This document shows, one piece after another, positions 41,203-54,759 of a DNA stretch of 64,000 nt. The stretch's first letter is position 1. Each line of letters opens with the position of its first letter. This stretch comes from Lingula anatina (Eukaryota > Animalia > Brachiopoda), in assembly GCA_051362555.1 (NCBI GenBank), contig CM120646.1, positions 18,662,001 through 18,726,000 of the forward strand, in the 5' to 3' direction. The translations under genes were made by a program, and so were the position numbers. The notes beneath the pieces are model-generated. The model was not told the origin of the DNA and ran no database searches. It worked only from the letters and a program-made list of their open reading frames with translations.

Positions 41203-42499
41203 GGACCCTGCGTCATGGATTATTAGCTGTAGGGCACTTCCTGCTAATGACCCTTGCGTGTGAGGGCCCTTGCCCATTGGTGTGTTTATGACTTAATTAC
41301 ACCGGACAAATTAATTTCACCTGCTCTTTAGTAAGTTAGTTGATTAAGATACATTATGCTTTTAAAAAGGCAAAGACCCAATCAGGATCTGACCTAGATC
41401 TGATCCTTATTGGGAAGTGGTCTAGTCCAGTTAGCAACTGGACTAGTTAGTAACTGGACTAGTTTGGATATGACAAGTGACACATACATGGTTACTAAAA
41501 GTTAAGAGTGCATTTATTATGATCTGTTGTTTTAACGTGTTTTAATCCGCTTAATCTGGGAGGATAAATGTTTTTAACGAACAAAAAGGTGGCGAAACAG
41601 ACATGTAATGTATTCAAGACTTTGAAAGGTAGGTGTGTGTTACATCATTTTTAAAAGGGGGGTTATAAATGAGATGTGGTTTCAGTTTTGTTCAGGTGTT
41701 TAAGGAATTATTAATATCTTGACAGACATTAATTTGGTTTCAAAAGAGGTTTACATTTGGGTTGTAATTGATATCTTGGGGACATCTATTATTATTATTA
41801 TGAACCGGTGTATTATTCACTTTATATTTTAAAATGGGTTTGCTTTTGCCAGATAATCTGTTTTAGCTGTTAGAGGAATTTGTTGTTGTGTAGTTTTGAA
41901 AAAAAGTCACTGTGGTTTAAAAACTGGCTTAAATAAAGGGAAGGTAAATAAACTAAATAACAAGGCTTTCTTTTTTTATTGTTCAAAATAAAGCAAATAT
42001 GCACATGGCTTATAAGAGAAATTGCTGTTCATGGCTTGGGGGCCATGATTGAACCACGATATCAAGACCCAGATGTACATGCATAAATACTGTCTGCGGG
42101 CGTTGCGTGATTTACTTCCAACCTCAAATCCCGTCACTCAACGGAGAGAATGTATCAAAATGTTTCCACGTGACATATCTGAAAACCCTTAATCTTGATC
42201 TTCGTATCTTCAGTCATATTGAAAATAGTTCGCGGTCGAAAAAAAAGGACCCATGTGAAAAACAGCAAGAGATCTGATAGGAAGCCACCCCAAACAGCAC
42301 AAATTGTTCGCGGTCCAATAATGCGGTGCTAATAGTCAGTTTTTTATACAAATGGTCCACGGTTGAACTCACGGATCCACCCGAAATCACTAATTGACCC
42401 CCGCTGCGCGTGTTCAGTGATGTTGCCAACCTATGTAACATGGGGTTAGGTCACCGCCATCATCCTCACAGTGTCCTTGAGCATCTACAGTAGCCTCTC

Positions 42500-42760
42500 T
42501 AGTCTTAATTCGTCTTACAATTTCCTCAAGCTCAAGATCTAATAACCATTTTTTTCTGATCTGGTACTTCTGATCCACCAACCTCTTTCTGTCACCTCGA
42601 ACATATTACGACCTTTCCATAACTGAGGCATCCTTTGCCTATACCCAGCCACTGATGGTACACTTTCATTTATCAATCATTTCACATTTCTTAGGTCAAC
42701 AAAAATAACCAGCATTTGATTAAAAGTGATGAAAAATAATGCATAATGCAAAATGTATGT
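42500..42760 (-). mobile_element. Degenerate 5' fragment of an R4/Dong-like non-LTR retrotransposon
   Basis: Frameshifted minus-strand translation GYRQRMPQLWKGRNMFEVTE/RLVDQKYQIRKK/WLLDLELEEIVRRI resembles, from memory, the N-terminal GYR.RM..W...EQRL.DQ...I....WL...ELE motif of R4/Dong ORFs. Confidence 0.55.
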
Positions 42761-43247
42761 AGAGGACTGCTAGAGGAGGACAGCAATTGCGATAGGTGTG
42801 AATCAAGTGTCACAACTGATGTCTTGTCAGCCTCCACAGCTACGTCAGGTACAACCAAGGAGTTATAACAGTCTGTTATAACTCCTTGGTGCAACGAACA
42901 TTTAATTCAGAAGAAGGTACGCAATGCTTCTGTATTCTTAGTCTGTTATTCAGAATTATAGGTTTCATACAGTATTACTACCGGCTTGGTGTGGATAGCT
43001 TATTTTATTCTTGTAACTTTTTTTAAACTTTATTTCCACTACACAGTATCTCGTTTATTTATTGCCACAACATCGGTCTGTTGAGAATTCCTGTGGAACC
43101 TCAGCAGGTACGCCATTTTTATCCACTGTATAATTATTTAAAGGACCTCCCTGAGACGTATAACTTTAACCGACCGTTTAGCAGATTTATCCACCGTATA
43201 AAGTTGTAGCCTACGTCTTTCATGCAACCAGTATAAGAACCGTATAA

Positions 43248-43474
43248 GGGTGCCTTCCCAGAGATTTAGATCGATCTAAAGATTAAGTTTTAGATCGACC
43301 TAACTCCCTGGGGGTTTACGCTAAATTGCAGTCAGCCGATCGGGCACCATAGTTAATTACCCCCTTACAGCTTTTAGTAGGCGGGACAGACGCTTAAGCC
43401 GGCCAAGCTGACAGTAATCTAGTGAGACTCCCTACAGGGATAGATCGATCTAAAAAATCTATGGAAATGGGGTG
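43248..43474. mobile_element. PIF/Harbinger-like MITE, same family as 58738-58958
   Basis: Imperfect TIRs containing TAGATCGATCTA, TAA on both sides. The reverse-complement copy is at 58738-58958 and a partial copy at about 57998-58065. Confidence 0.7.
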
Positions 43475-44043
43475 TAAGTTACACGGCTGATTAATGCAGC
43501 GTATAGTGCTATACGGCTTTCATACAACCCAGCCCGGATATATAAAAAGAAAAATATATAGGCCTATGCAATTTCATAACTTTTTTCGAATGGTCATTTT
43601 TCGAATGGTCACATTCAGTCTTTACATTCACATTCAATTTTTCCGTAGAGTACAGGGAATGTGAGCTTACACATTACACGAACGTGAGGGACGGATAAGT
43701 ACATGTAAGTCCAATTTACGACAGTAATTTGAAGATGGCACAGTTTTCAAATTATTATTACTATTGTTGTTGTTGTTAAAGATGTTGTTGTTGGTATTAT
43801 GGCTCACCGAGTGATTTGTTTGGTTTATCCTTTAGACTTGAGTTAAGTCGCTAAGAAACGGGCAGTATTGATTTTTATGCGTTTCAGGGAATCTACCATA
43901 TCTTATCTTTAAGACTGAAATACTATATTCATTTATTCATCCAAGATTTCTGTCATATGCGCGGATGACTTTTCATAATTCAAACCATATGCCACAGATG
44001 CTGGTGGTGGACGAAATAATATTTTTTAATACTAGGTCACCTG

Positions 44044-44191
44044 GGCTCCGTATCTCGAAAGCTTTGCTATGTTGCGCACGTGCGCAAGCGTCTCGATTCC
44101 ATAACTCGCCCATACTCCTCCCATATAATACACTGTAGCCTCTTTTTGATATAGCGATTCGCAATACGCGATGCTTTCGAGATGCGGGGCC
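44044..44191. mobile_element. 148-bp Harbinger-like MITE
   Basis: 19-bp imperfect TIR GGCTCCGTATCTCGAAAGC and 3-bp TSD CTG. The empty site tcacctgattcgc is in the paralog at about 36185. Confidence 0.85.
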
Positions 44192-45539
44192 CTGATTCGC
44201 ACATCTAGCTTTTTACTGTGTTCACTGTATCTGATCGCTCAGTAGATCGGCAGGCCACGTCGGCAGTCAACAGTTAACCCAGCAGCAAAATAATTAGTGA
44301 CGGTAAGATTGTCGTATTTATATTTACAGGAGTATTAATTTTTATTAGGTTTTTTAAATTAGACGTATATTACCTAAGCCTGTTTAACATTTTTCTGGAA
44401 GAACATAATCATTTTAAGCAACTTTTTTTTCACCACAAACCACCATGTAACAACCGGTAAGGTCTTTGAAAGCCACTCTTCACAATTGCAGAAGTGATTT
44501 TATGCAGCAGATACGGGTCTTCTATATTTTTGTCAATTAGAAATTCATGCACAGCTAAAAATCACTAAAAATTAACTAATTGAAAGGTTAACCGTACATC
44601 ATAGTATACATTGATTCATAAATTGCCATGATTCTTGTTGTCTTCGCATATTTGCTTTTTTTTAAAAATACAACACACACGTAAATGGTAATCAAACGAT
44701 AAAAGTCATTTTCAGTAAATTTTTTTGAATAAATACACTGAATAGTTTTAAAAAGAAAATAAAGGGACAAGTACGTTAACACTAAGATCACAAGAACTTT
44801 ATTATTATTTTTTTTTGTTTGATCACAAAGCGACACCGCACAAACTCTACCGTGCAGATTTGAAGGCAGAACGTGCCATAGTCGGCTATCAAAGAGAATT
44901 TCCTGGTTAATTAGAACAATGTTTTTAATTCATCCCCGGAATTTGCGGTTGAACCAGGTGATGATGCTTTTGTACACGCTCGGCTATCATCTTACTATGT
45001 ATAAGCTTCAGGTCTAATTAACAATATTAACTAAAATATACAGCGTGTCAGTTTAATGCTTACTTTAGCGAACATACGGGGGTTCTGATAGACTAGTGTG
45101 GTACGCAGAAAGTCGTCTGAAGTCTTTAATCAGGTTCATTAACCGATCAAGGTGACGCCTAGCCCACGCCTGTTTGTGCATGAACGATTAACCCACCAAG
45201 GTAACAGGCGTAAAAGAACCAGTTTTAAGCGGATACACCAATCACAGCTGTGACCTTATTGTTAGGAATCGGAGACACTAGCTTCTGAATGCCAGCATGA
45301 CTTTTATTATTATTATTATTTTTTTATTAGAAACGGCACCGATTTCTGGATGACAGCTTCTTTTATATATAGGCTTATATATAAGAACGACAATATACAT
45401 ACTTGACGCCAGTCTCTATAGACACTTCTTGGTATAGAAATAATTTATGCGTACCATTATATCATCTGAACTGCAAGGCGTGATCACAGGTATGAAACTG
45501 TGGTAACCGCTCTAAGAGGAACTAGAAGTTTAACATTTA

Positions 45540-46643
45540 CACACACTGCACAATAGAAGTGTCACCCCCTAAATCAGAGTAATAAAAGTAGGCAGATCTT
45601 GGGTAGTTATAATGTCTGGTCCACTTATAATGTGACTAATGAGTATAAAACCGTTATGCCATGGAATTGTATCGTTGGTCTTGTACATGTACAGCAAATT
45701 TTATTCCGGTCATCCTCCAATATGGCAAGATACAGGCAATTATCTAACGGTTATAGGCGTCAAGTTATTATCCTAAAGAGGAGGAATATAAGCAATGTCA
45801 GAATATCGATACAATTGAATTGTTCAGTCAGAACCGTGCAGAGGGTCTGGTCTCTGTATAGAAACACTGGATCAAGAGACAAATTGCCTCTGATGGGTCG
45901 TCCAAGAAAAACTACTGGTCGTGAAGACCAACAACTGATTTTGATGTCCAGGTTGTCAAAGTTCGACACTGCTTGTCAGTTGACAACACAGTGGAACAAT
46001 TTCACACATAAGAATGTGTCTGTGAAAATTGCTAGGCGTCGGTTACATGCTCAGAGAGTGTACAGCAGGGTAGCAAGACTGAAACCTCTTATATCGTTCC
46101 AAAACTGGCAACGTAGAGTGAACTAGGCTCAACAGGATCTGGAACTGGACATTCCATGACAATTGGTCCTATATATATTTTTTTCTGATAAGTGTCGCTT
46201 TGGTTTGACCTCTGATGGGTACGGTGCTGGCGAACTGCTGGTAAAGCATTTGAACCACATGCACTGAATTTCGAACCCGAAGCAGCATATTTATCATGGT
46301 GTGTGGCTGCATCAGCATCCATGGCGTGCGCGAATTGATAGTGGTTGATGGAAACACGAATCACTAGAAATATATCGATGTTTTGCAGTCAGGCTTGCCA
46401 CCATCCATTACTATCATGTTTGGTGACAGGACTTATCCATTTGTTCACCAGGATGACAATGCTCCTTGTCACAGACCCAGAGCATTTGATGATTGGTTTG
46501 ACCAACAGGACGATCGCAGGGTGATGTGGCCTGCCCACAGTCCGGATGCAAACATAATAGAAAATGTGTGGAATGATATGTCAAAACTTTTGACAAATGC
46601 CCGTCCTACCAGCAGAGAAACTCAGTTATATTCAGTGTTTCAT
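45540..46643 (+). mobile_element. 3'-truncated Tc1 (DD34E) transposon, duplicate of 49813-51428
   Basis: Same left TIR and flank as the full copy, and the same nonsense codons. HTH and QDDNAP...SPDANIIENVW motifs present; no right TIR. Confidence 0.9.
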
Positions 46644-48033
46644 GTTTTCGGGAAGAACATAATCATTTTCGGCAACCTTTTTTCACCACAAACCACCATG
46701 TAACAACTGGTAAGGTCTTTGAAAAGCCACTCCTCTCAATTGCAGAAGTGATTTTATGCAGCAGATACGGGTCTTCTATATTTTTGTCAATTAGAAATTC
46801 ATGCACATCTAAAAATCACTAAAAAATTAACTAATTGAAAGGTTAACCTTACATCATAGTATACATTGATTCATAAATTGCCATGATTCTTGTTGTCATC
46901 GCATATTTGTTTTTTTTAATACAACGCACACGTAAATGGTAATCAAACAATAAAAGTCATTTTAAGTAAATTATTTTGAATAAATACACTGAATAGTTTT
47001 TTAATTAAAGGTACATGTACATTAACAATTAGATCACAAGAACTTTATTCTTTTTGTTTGATCACAAAGCGACACCGCACATACTCTACCGTGCAGATTT
47101 GAAGGCAGAACGTGGCATAGTCGGCTATCAAAGAGAATTTCCTGTGTAATAAGAACAATGTTTTAATTCATCCCCGGAATTTGCGGTTGAATCAGTTGAT
47201 TATGCTTTTGCACAGGTTCGGCTGTCATCTTGATATATATATATATAAGCTTCAGGTCTAATAAACAATAACAACTAAAATATACAGCGTATCAGTTTGA
47301 AGCCTACTTACGCGTACATATGGTGATTTTATCAAATCCATTTAAACTATTTCTCTGGGGTTCTGATAGACTAGTGTGGTACGCAGAAAGTCGTCTGAAG
47401 TCTTTAATCAGGTTCATTAACCGATCAAGGTGACGCCTAGCCCACGCCTGGTTGTGCATGAACAATTAACCCACCAAGGTAACAGGCGTAAAAGAACCAG
47501 TTTTAACCGGATACACCAATCACAGCTGTAACCTTATTCTTAGGAATCGGAGACACTAGCTTCTGAATGCCAGCATGTTTATTATTATTACCATTATTTT
47601 TTTATTAGAAACGGCACCGATTTCTGGATGACAGCTTCTTTTATATATAGGCCTATATATAAGAACGACAACATACATACTTGACGCCAGGCCCTATAGA
47701 CACTTCTTTCGATGCCCTCAGATTCTGGGGGTTGAATGGTTAATTTGATTGACTGAGCTGAGGGATTTAGAGATTTTTATTCCATGTAAATTATCAATTT
47801 TTTACGTGTTTTTTCAACATGCAGTCACAATTCCGAGGACTCCCCCATTTCAACTGCAAAGTCGACAAATTGTGGACACATTGGTAAATTTTAATTTTAA
47901 ACAAAGAATCGAAAGAAAAAATATAAATATTTGTAATAAAACTTATTAACCTTTCTGTACGACTGTGCCACTTAACACTGTAGAATTTGCCACGTGTTTT
48001 TATGCTTTATTTTATTTTTTATTTATCGATATA

Positions 48034-49695
48034 CAGACTTGACATTTAATATGGAATATTTTTTTCGAAATAATTTTTTATCAGTTTTTTCCTATTTTGC
48101 TGACTGATAAATGAAAATAAGGATTAAAATCGTGTTTTAATAACTTTAAATTATCTCTTTGATGTCATTGTGACATCAGTTTATTAATGGAATTCGCCAA
48201 AGAAGCAAACAAAAACACGTTGCCTATTCCATGTCATACGACTCCCATTAAAAGAGATATTTTAGATCTCCATATTTTCCAAATTATCGTCTGTAAAAGG
48301 GTAATACGCTCCACAAAAGACCCTCATGTCAGTTGCTAGTCACAGTAATGGTCGTTGTTACGCCTGGCCTCTTCGTGGCTGTTGCCAGCGCTCTCAAGCG
48401 GCAATGCATTTCTTGGGGGTATGTTTTAAGAGGTCAATCTGGAATAGCATTCCAGGCATCGGTCTAAAATTGTCCAATCTGGTCCAGTTTTGTTGTAGGA
48501 CATGTAGGCAGTTGATTGGTGAGTAATGGTCTACCGAAATATTGTCTATGTGGTTCAAATGTGGCGATTTTGATGACCAGGGTAGCTGCTCATTCCCTTG
48601 GTTCTGTAAGTTATCTGCTATTAAAAGTGCTCTGTGTGAACCTGCAACCTCATCGTGCAACCTAGAATTGTTCCTAAGGTGCCCCCTATCAAATGATAGT
48701 CAAGTGGTTCCGAGATTATTCCTTTATTTGATCTGGTTCAGGTTTTCGTCGATGACTACCGTTGGTGTTTTGGCACCAATGTGGAATCTACTCCAAATAC
48801 TGACGCTGTCAATCACCCTTGTCACTTTAGACCCGGCATATGCTTCGTCGTAGGCCTCTTCTGGATATCTGTAAACTCTGTTTTGACTAATTGGGCGGTA
48901 CAGGTGAAATCTGACCTCAATAAAGAAAGCCACGCAGTTTCAGTGTTCTACCCAGAATCGTTCATGGCCCCCAATTCATTAGAGAAACAGACGACGATGT
49001 TTTGCTGTATACAGTGGGTACCTCGGAGGTCATTTGGTGTTCTTACCTGCTAAAACCAGTTTAGTGTTCGCTAAGGGCTTTGAAAAATGCATTTTAGTGG
49101 CAATTTACCCCTCGTTCTGAACGGACTAAGTGTTTTTTGTTGAGTTGCAGCAGCGTATACCGAAAGACAGTGGGTCATGTACCCTGTAGGTAAAATTTTG
49201 ATACATTGGGGGTCACCTCTGTGTAGGTACATCAGTCTGGGCATTACTCTATAAAACTGTGGGGACCGTTCCGTTTGGTGCTATGATCTGTCTGGTTATG
49301 TCTGTCTTTTTCGCGCCATTCTGCCTTAGATTAACAAATTTGTAATGCACTACTTAGCTTATTTTACGCACTGCAAAACTGACCGCTTGCATGCAAAATT
49401 TCAAATTCTTCTATGCAGTAGTTGCCGAAATATGGATATATTTTTGACAGAACCAAGCTTTGCCTAAGCCAAGCTTTGATCAGCCCAAAGGAACACTACC
49501 CAATTAAATCACTGCAAATTACATAATGTAGCAGCGCAACAGGCATGAAAGTCAGTTAATTGGTAGTGACACACCTGACTGCACACTTTTACATTCACAA
49601 ATCTTATATGAAATCGGAGTTTTTTGAAAAAAGAACGTACTTTTACCTAGGTATACCTTCGAAACTGAAATATTCCATATTAAATGTCAAGTCTG
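48034..49695 (-). mobile_element. Degraded full-length Tc1-like transposon (second family)
   Basis: 28-bp TIR CAGACTTGACATTTAATATGGAATATTT with TA TSD. Minus-strand remnant WSSKSPHLNHI matches W.S.SPDLNPI. The paralogous empty site is the (TA)n tract at about 37715-37733. Confidence 0.88.
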
Positions 49696-49812
49696 TATCT
49701 TTTGGTATAGAAATAATTTATGCGTACCATTATATCATCTGAACTGCAAGGCGTGATCACAGGTATGAAACTGTGGTAACCGCTCTTAGAGGAACTAGAA
49801 GTTTAATATTTA

Positions 49813-51214
49813 CACACACTGGACAATAGAAGTGTCACCCCCTAAATCAGAGTAATAAAAGTAGGCAGATCTTGGGTACTTATAATGCCTGGTCTACTTA
49901 TAATGTGACTAATGAGTATAAAACCGCTATACCATGGAATTTTAATGTTGGTCTTGTACATGTACAGCAAATGTTATTCCTGTCTTCCTCCAATATGGCA
50001 AGATACAGGGAATTATCTAACGGTTATAGGCGTCAAGTTATTAACCCGAAGAGGCGGAATATAAGCAATGTCAGAATATCGATACAATTGAATTGTTCAG
50101 TCAGAACCGTGCAGAGGGTCTGGTCTCTGTATAGAAACACTGGATCAAGAGACAAATTGCCTCTGATGGGTCGTCCAAGAAAAACTACTGGCCGTGAAGA
50201 CCGACGACTGATTTTGATGTCCAGGTTGTCAAAGTTCGACACTGCTTGTCACTTGACAACACATTGGAACAATTTCACACATAAGAATGTGTCTGTGAAA
50301 ATTGCTAGGCGTCGGTTACATGCTCAGAGAGTGTACAGCAGGGTAGCAAGACTGAAACCTCTTATATCGTTACAAAACAGGCAACGTAGAGTGAACTAGG
50401 GTCAACAGGATCTGGAACTGGACATTCCATGACAATTGGTCCTATATATTTTTTCTGATGAGTGTCGCTTTGGTCTGACCTCTGATGACAGACGAGTACG
50501 ATGCTGGCGAACTGCTGGTAAAGCATTTAAACCACATGCACTGGATTTTCGAACCCGGAGCAGCATATTTATCATGGTGTGTGGCTGCATCAGCATCCAT
50601 GGCGAGGGCGAATTGATAGTGGTTGATGGAAACATGAATCACTAGAAATATATCGATGTTTTGGAGTCAGGCTGGCTACCATCTATTACTAATATGTTTG
50701 GTGACAGGAATTATCCATTTTTTCACCAGGATGACAATGCTCCTCGTCACAGGCCCAGAGCAGTTGATGATTGGTTTGACCAACAGGACGATCGCAGGGT
50801 GATGTGGCCTGCCCACAGTCCGGATGCAAACATAATAGAAAATGTGTGAAAACTTTTGACAAATGCCCGTCTTACCAGCAGAGAAACTCTGTTATATTCA
50901 GTGCTTCATGCTTGGGCCAGCATAAGCCCTGAACGCATCAGACAATTATATGAATCCTTGCCTCGTAGACTGGCACCTATTATTAGGTCACATGGCTATG
51001 CCACTAAGTACTAATTTTGGACTTGAAACTGCATATTTTGGTAGAATGTATATTTTGTTCTCATTTTGTGATTTTTTGTGAAATTTGATGTTAATAATAA
51101 TAATAATAATAATTTTATTGAGCACTAAAATGTTTCAGTACATTTTGCAGGCCCTCTAAACTACTTGTATATAGATACATTTAGTACAATCTAGACCTAT
51201 TATCACAATAAAAA

Positions 51215-51245
<31 letters not shown>

Positions 51246-51428
51246 GATAAAAAATACCTATATTACATAATGACAATTACATTGTTCTGTATTGTGGTAG
51301 ACCTGCTCATTATTATTGACAGGCTAGTCTTTTAATAAAATGATACCAGGAGCATATCTTTCCACAGTCATTTATCTCCCGCATAGTATTGGTTCAGTAG
51401 GGGTGACACTTCTATTGTCCAGTGTGTG
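49813..51428 (+). mobile_element. Full-length Tc1 (DD34E) transposon with a pseudogenised transposase (49995-51014)
   Basis: TIR CACACACTGGACAATAGAAGTGTCACCCC, TA TSD, FSDE and QDDNA-34-E triad, in-frame stops at about 50397, 50643 and 50847. Empty site cattTAgatttgctg at 37860. Confidence 0.95.
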
Positions 51429-51630
51429 TAGATTTGCTGTATAGTTGACAAATTGTAAAAAACAAAGGTCTGCAATCTTCCGAACTGTGGTCCACTGAGA
51501 TATATAGCTCCGAGTAGAACTGCCTGTTGATAAACGTAAAACCATTTCCATTTCAGAAGCCTACGCTCGAAGTTAAATTGAAAAAACCTAAAAGTTGTCA
51601 AAGAGTGAATATATATTGAGGTTGTCAAAC

Positions 51631-51826
51631 ATGCAGCACGCTATGGCAATGACCAGACTACGACTGGCTTTGTCTCTCCTGGTCTTCCTCGCTCTGCATT
51701 GCTCGCATGTACACAGTCATGGTAGCCTGTACGAACCGCCAGGTCGATCCACAGCTTTTAGGAGGGGATTTAACACACCGGCGAACTACGACGACATGAG
51801 CCTGAACTGTGGCGGATTTGATGTAA

Positions 51827-51871
<45 letters not shown>

Positions 51872-54759
51872 TTCCTTAAAGTGAGTTCTTTTGTTTTGTG
51901 TTTTAATTTAGGAATCCCATAAGGCATCGTTTTCGTAAATATGTTAATGCTGAGAAATTTTTCAGTTTGTAATATTGCTCTGTTTGACCATTTTTGGTGG
52001 GAATAATACAAAATTAAATTCGTTCGGGGCTTCCTCCATTAAGGAATATCATGAGTGAACACGTCTGACTGGTCGATGTGATCTTTGAAGTCATGAGTTC
52101 AACGCCATGTCTCGGATTAAAAAACGATTCAATTTCAGTTATATTTCACCGTGCATAAACCAGGTTTCAGAATTTCGAAAGTCCATTGAAAAGATCTTTA
52201 TTCGAGAAATAATAAAAGATAGGAAAATGACAACAAAGATGTTCCCTACATTTGGCTACTGTCAAGACTCTCATTCCCTATTCTTATGGCGGAAGAAAAG
52301 ACATGGACCTTGCAAATGAAACCATCGTCCTTTGTAATGCTCAGTAAGGTCAAAACTCATTTTCAGAGTTTCTTCCGGTCATCCACTTCCATCAGCTCAC
52401 CGGGCAGTGGTCGAAATCCTTTTGTAGACCTATTGTAGCAATCGGTTTGTTCGCGGACCAATCAGATTATTCCAGTAATTTTTTAACCATGTGAGGCCGC
52501 GTGAAACTGAACACATGGGTTCTTGGTATTACGACATGCACTTGCGATTTTGTAAGCTAAAGGAGCAGCATGAAATAGCAGTCCATGCAAGTGTCAATAC
52601 AAATAAAAAAATTAATCTATTAAGTATGGGTGCAAATGGGACGCTTTACGACAAACTTATTTTGTCTTGCTTAAGTTACTGAGTTATCTTAAATGGCCAT
52701 ATTTCCGAAAATTTCAGAACCAATGGGACGTGCAAGGCGGAAAGTGTGGCGTATGTGGCGACCCCTGGCAAGGACCTCGTGAAAACGAGGCTGGAGGGCT
52801 CTACGCCACGGGGACCATAGTGCGGCAGTATACAATGGGAGAGTATGTGCCAATCGTAATAGAAATTACAGCACCGGATAAAGGGTGGTATGAATTTAGG
52901 TAAATAGTCGATGGATAAAAATCACACAAAAGTAGTGCACAGGTAATTCAAGTAAGTCTTGATAAAATATATGCTACCAACACTTCTATACGTCCAATAT
53001 TTTATCCCGTACGTCAAAATAAAAGCAATTCACAGTTTGAAGATTTTAAAAGCGCATATAGGTGTGCTGACTGTTAAGTAATATTTTCCATCAACCCTTT
53101 TAAGAAAATATTTAATAAAACGTGCAGAACAAAGATCTTCACATGCGTCAAGGAAAAGTGCTTGTTACAAGATACAAATGATAAGTGTAGGATTTAATTT
53201 TCGTCAGGCTTTGCCCACACAACGATCCCAACACCACGGTCAGCGTGGAGTGCCTGGACCAATATAAACTTCCGATATACCTTCATGCTAATGGGACAAC
53301 TGTCAACCGATACCAGAGTTTGGATGAAACAAATAGCGCCTGGACAGGGGGCATGGTGTACCTAATGGCCAAACTGCCTGATTACGTCACCTGTACACAA
53401 TGTGTGCTGCAATGGAAATGGCACACAGGTGAGTGCTGTGACGTCATATTTTAGGTAAATGACGTCACGCTTAACTGACCTTAATTTTAACAAAAATACA
53501 AGTGACATGTGAATTCACATTTGGGGAAATTAGGTTACGCTTTATTTGAACATTATATATAGATAAAATCAAAGTACATAACGTTAATTGTATCGAGATT
53601 TCGGTGGGGGAATTATTTGCAATATTTTCATATAAATATAAATAAATATTAAGTAACATAGTCAACTTGGGGCTTATATTATTTTTTTTACAGAACTTTC
53701 ACTCCTGTAATGTTTGTTAAAAAGTATTTCTGATGTATTTTCTCCTGAACAAAAACTTGCACAATAATGTAAATTTCAATGTACAGTTTCAAACGATTCG
53801 TTCTATGACATTTAATTAAAGTAGGCCTACTGCTCAACCATGTGCATGTCTTTATATACATCTTCCAGGGGACAGCCGGGGTACAGACCCTGACGGTCCA
53901 CAGGAAGAGTTCTACGGCTGCGCAGATATTGCTATCTATCCACCTGGGCAAGGGATAGGTGGAGTCACATTGCCTTCTACGACACCAACGACTACAACGA
54001 CACCAACGACTACCATTGCACCAACAAATACCACAGTAACAACGCCTAGTACCACAGTGCCTACAACTACAACAACGCCAACTACTACCACAGCAGGTAA
54101 ATCAAGAGAAACATCACTTTATGTGCAGCCTCAGTTGTTCATGCCGATTCAACTCAATTTATTAGTGTAAAGAATGATAATGATTATGTCGCATATAACA
54201 CTCGAGGTCGTATATGGGCTACGGGATTTCGCATAAAGATTATAATTGGAATTTCCATTCTAACTATATTCAATATCAAAATTTGATTACCTATACAGAT
54301 AGATAATCGCATTAAGATGTTTTAATACCTCCTTTTCTTCACTTTACTTTAAATGGTGCTACCCCTGCCTGTATACTGGTGTGCATCTCTTGCATTTTTG
54401 ATTTAAGAGTAAAAGCAATTAGGTTTTGGATTTGGACTATTAATAACATTATTTCATTGGAAAAAACCTGTCTTTACGATGTAAATACAGGCTATCTATA
54501 AAATTAGCAGGAAGATTGCATTTATCTGAAACCTGTGTACTGTCTCTTTAATCACATTAATACATTTCTAAATCTTTTTCCCATTCAATGTCAGAATTTC
54601 ATTCCAGGTGCTATTACATGTGGCGACAGCCAGTTCCAACCTGACCCTAACGATGTAAACTGCTACTACCATTGTGCTAATAACATACCGTATCACCAGT
54701 GCTGCACGCCGGGATTGCGCTGGTCGCAGTCGTCAATGACCTGCGTTTGGACACTTTAA
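51631..54759 (+). CDS. AA15-type LPMO-CBM14 paralog, 324 aa, with a disrupted histidine brace (probably non-catalytic or decaying)
   Basis: Exons 51631-51822, 52718-52899, 53208-53428, 53869-54096, 54608-54759. ORF and splice sites are intact. Changes: HGS start, TAPDKG in place of TAPHKG, and an in-frame 21-nt deletion. Confidence 0.88.

Larger units (their letters stand above)
35543..42162 (+). repeat. Segmental duplication unit 1 (contains LPMO copy 1), paralogous to 43534-55673
   Basis: Collinear similarity from ccggatatataaaaagaaaa (35543/43534) to gagagaatgtatcaaaatg (42162/55673). Confidence 0.92.

Noticed and set aside
41418-41465. ctagtccagtt/aactggactag inverted repeats in the LPMO 3' region (also at about 54975)
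   Set aside because: Too short to distinguish a regulatory hairpin from a MITE remnant.
42214-42441. 75-aa minus-strand ORF in the spacer
   Set aside because: No recognisable motif or splice context.
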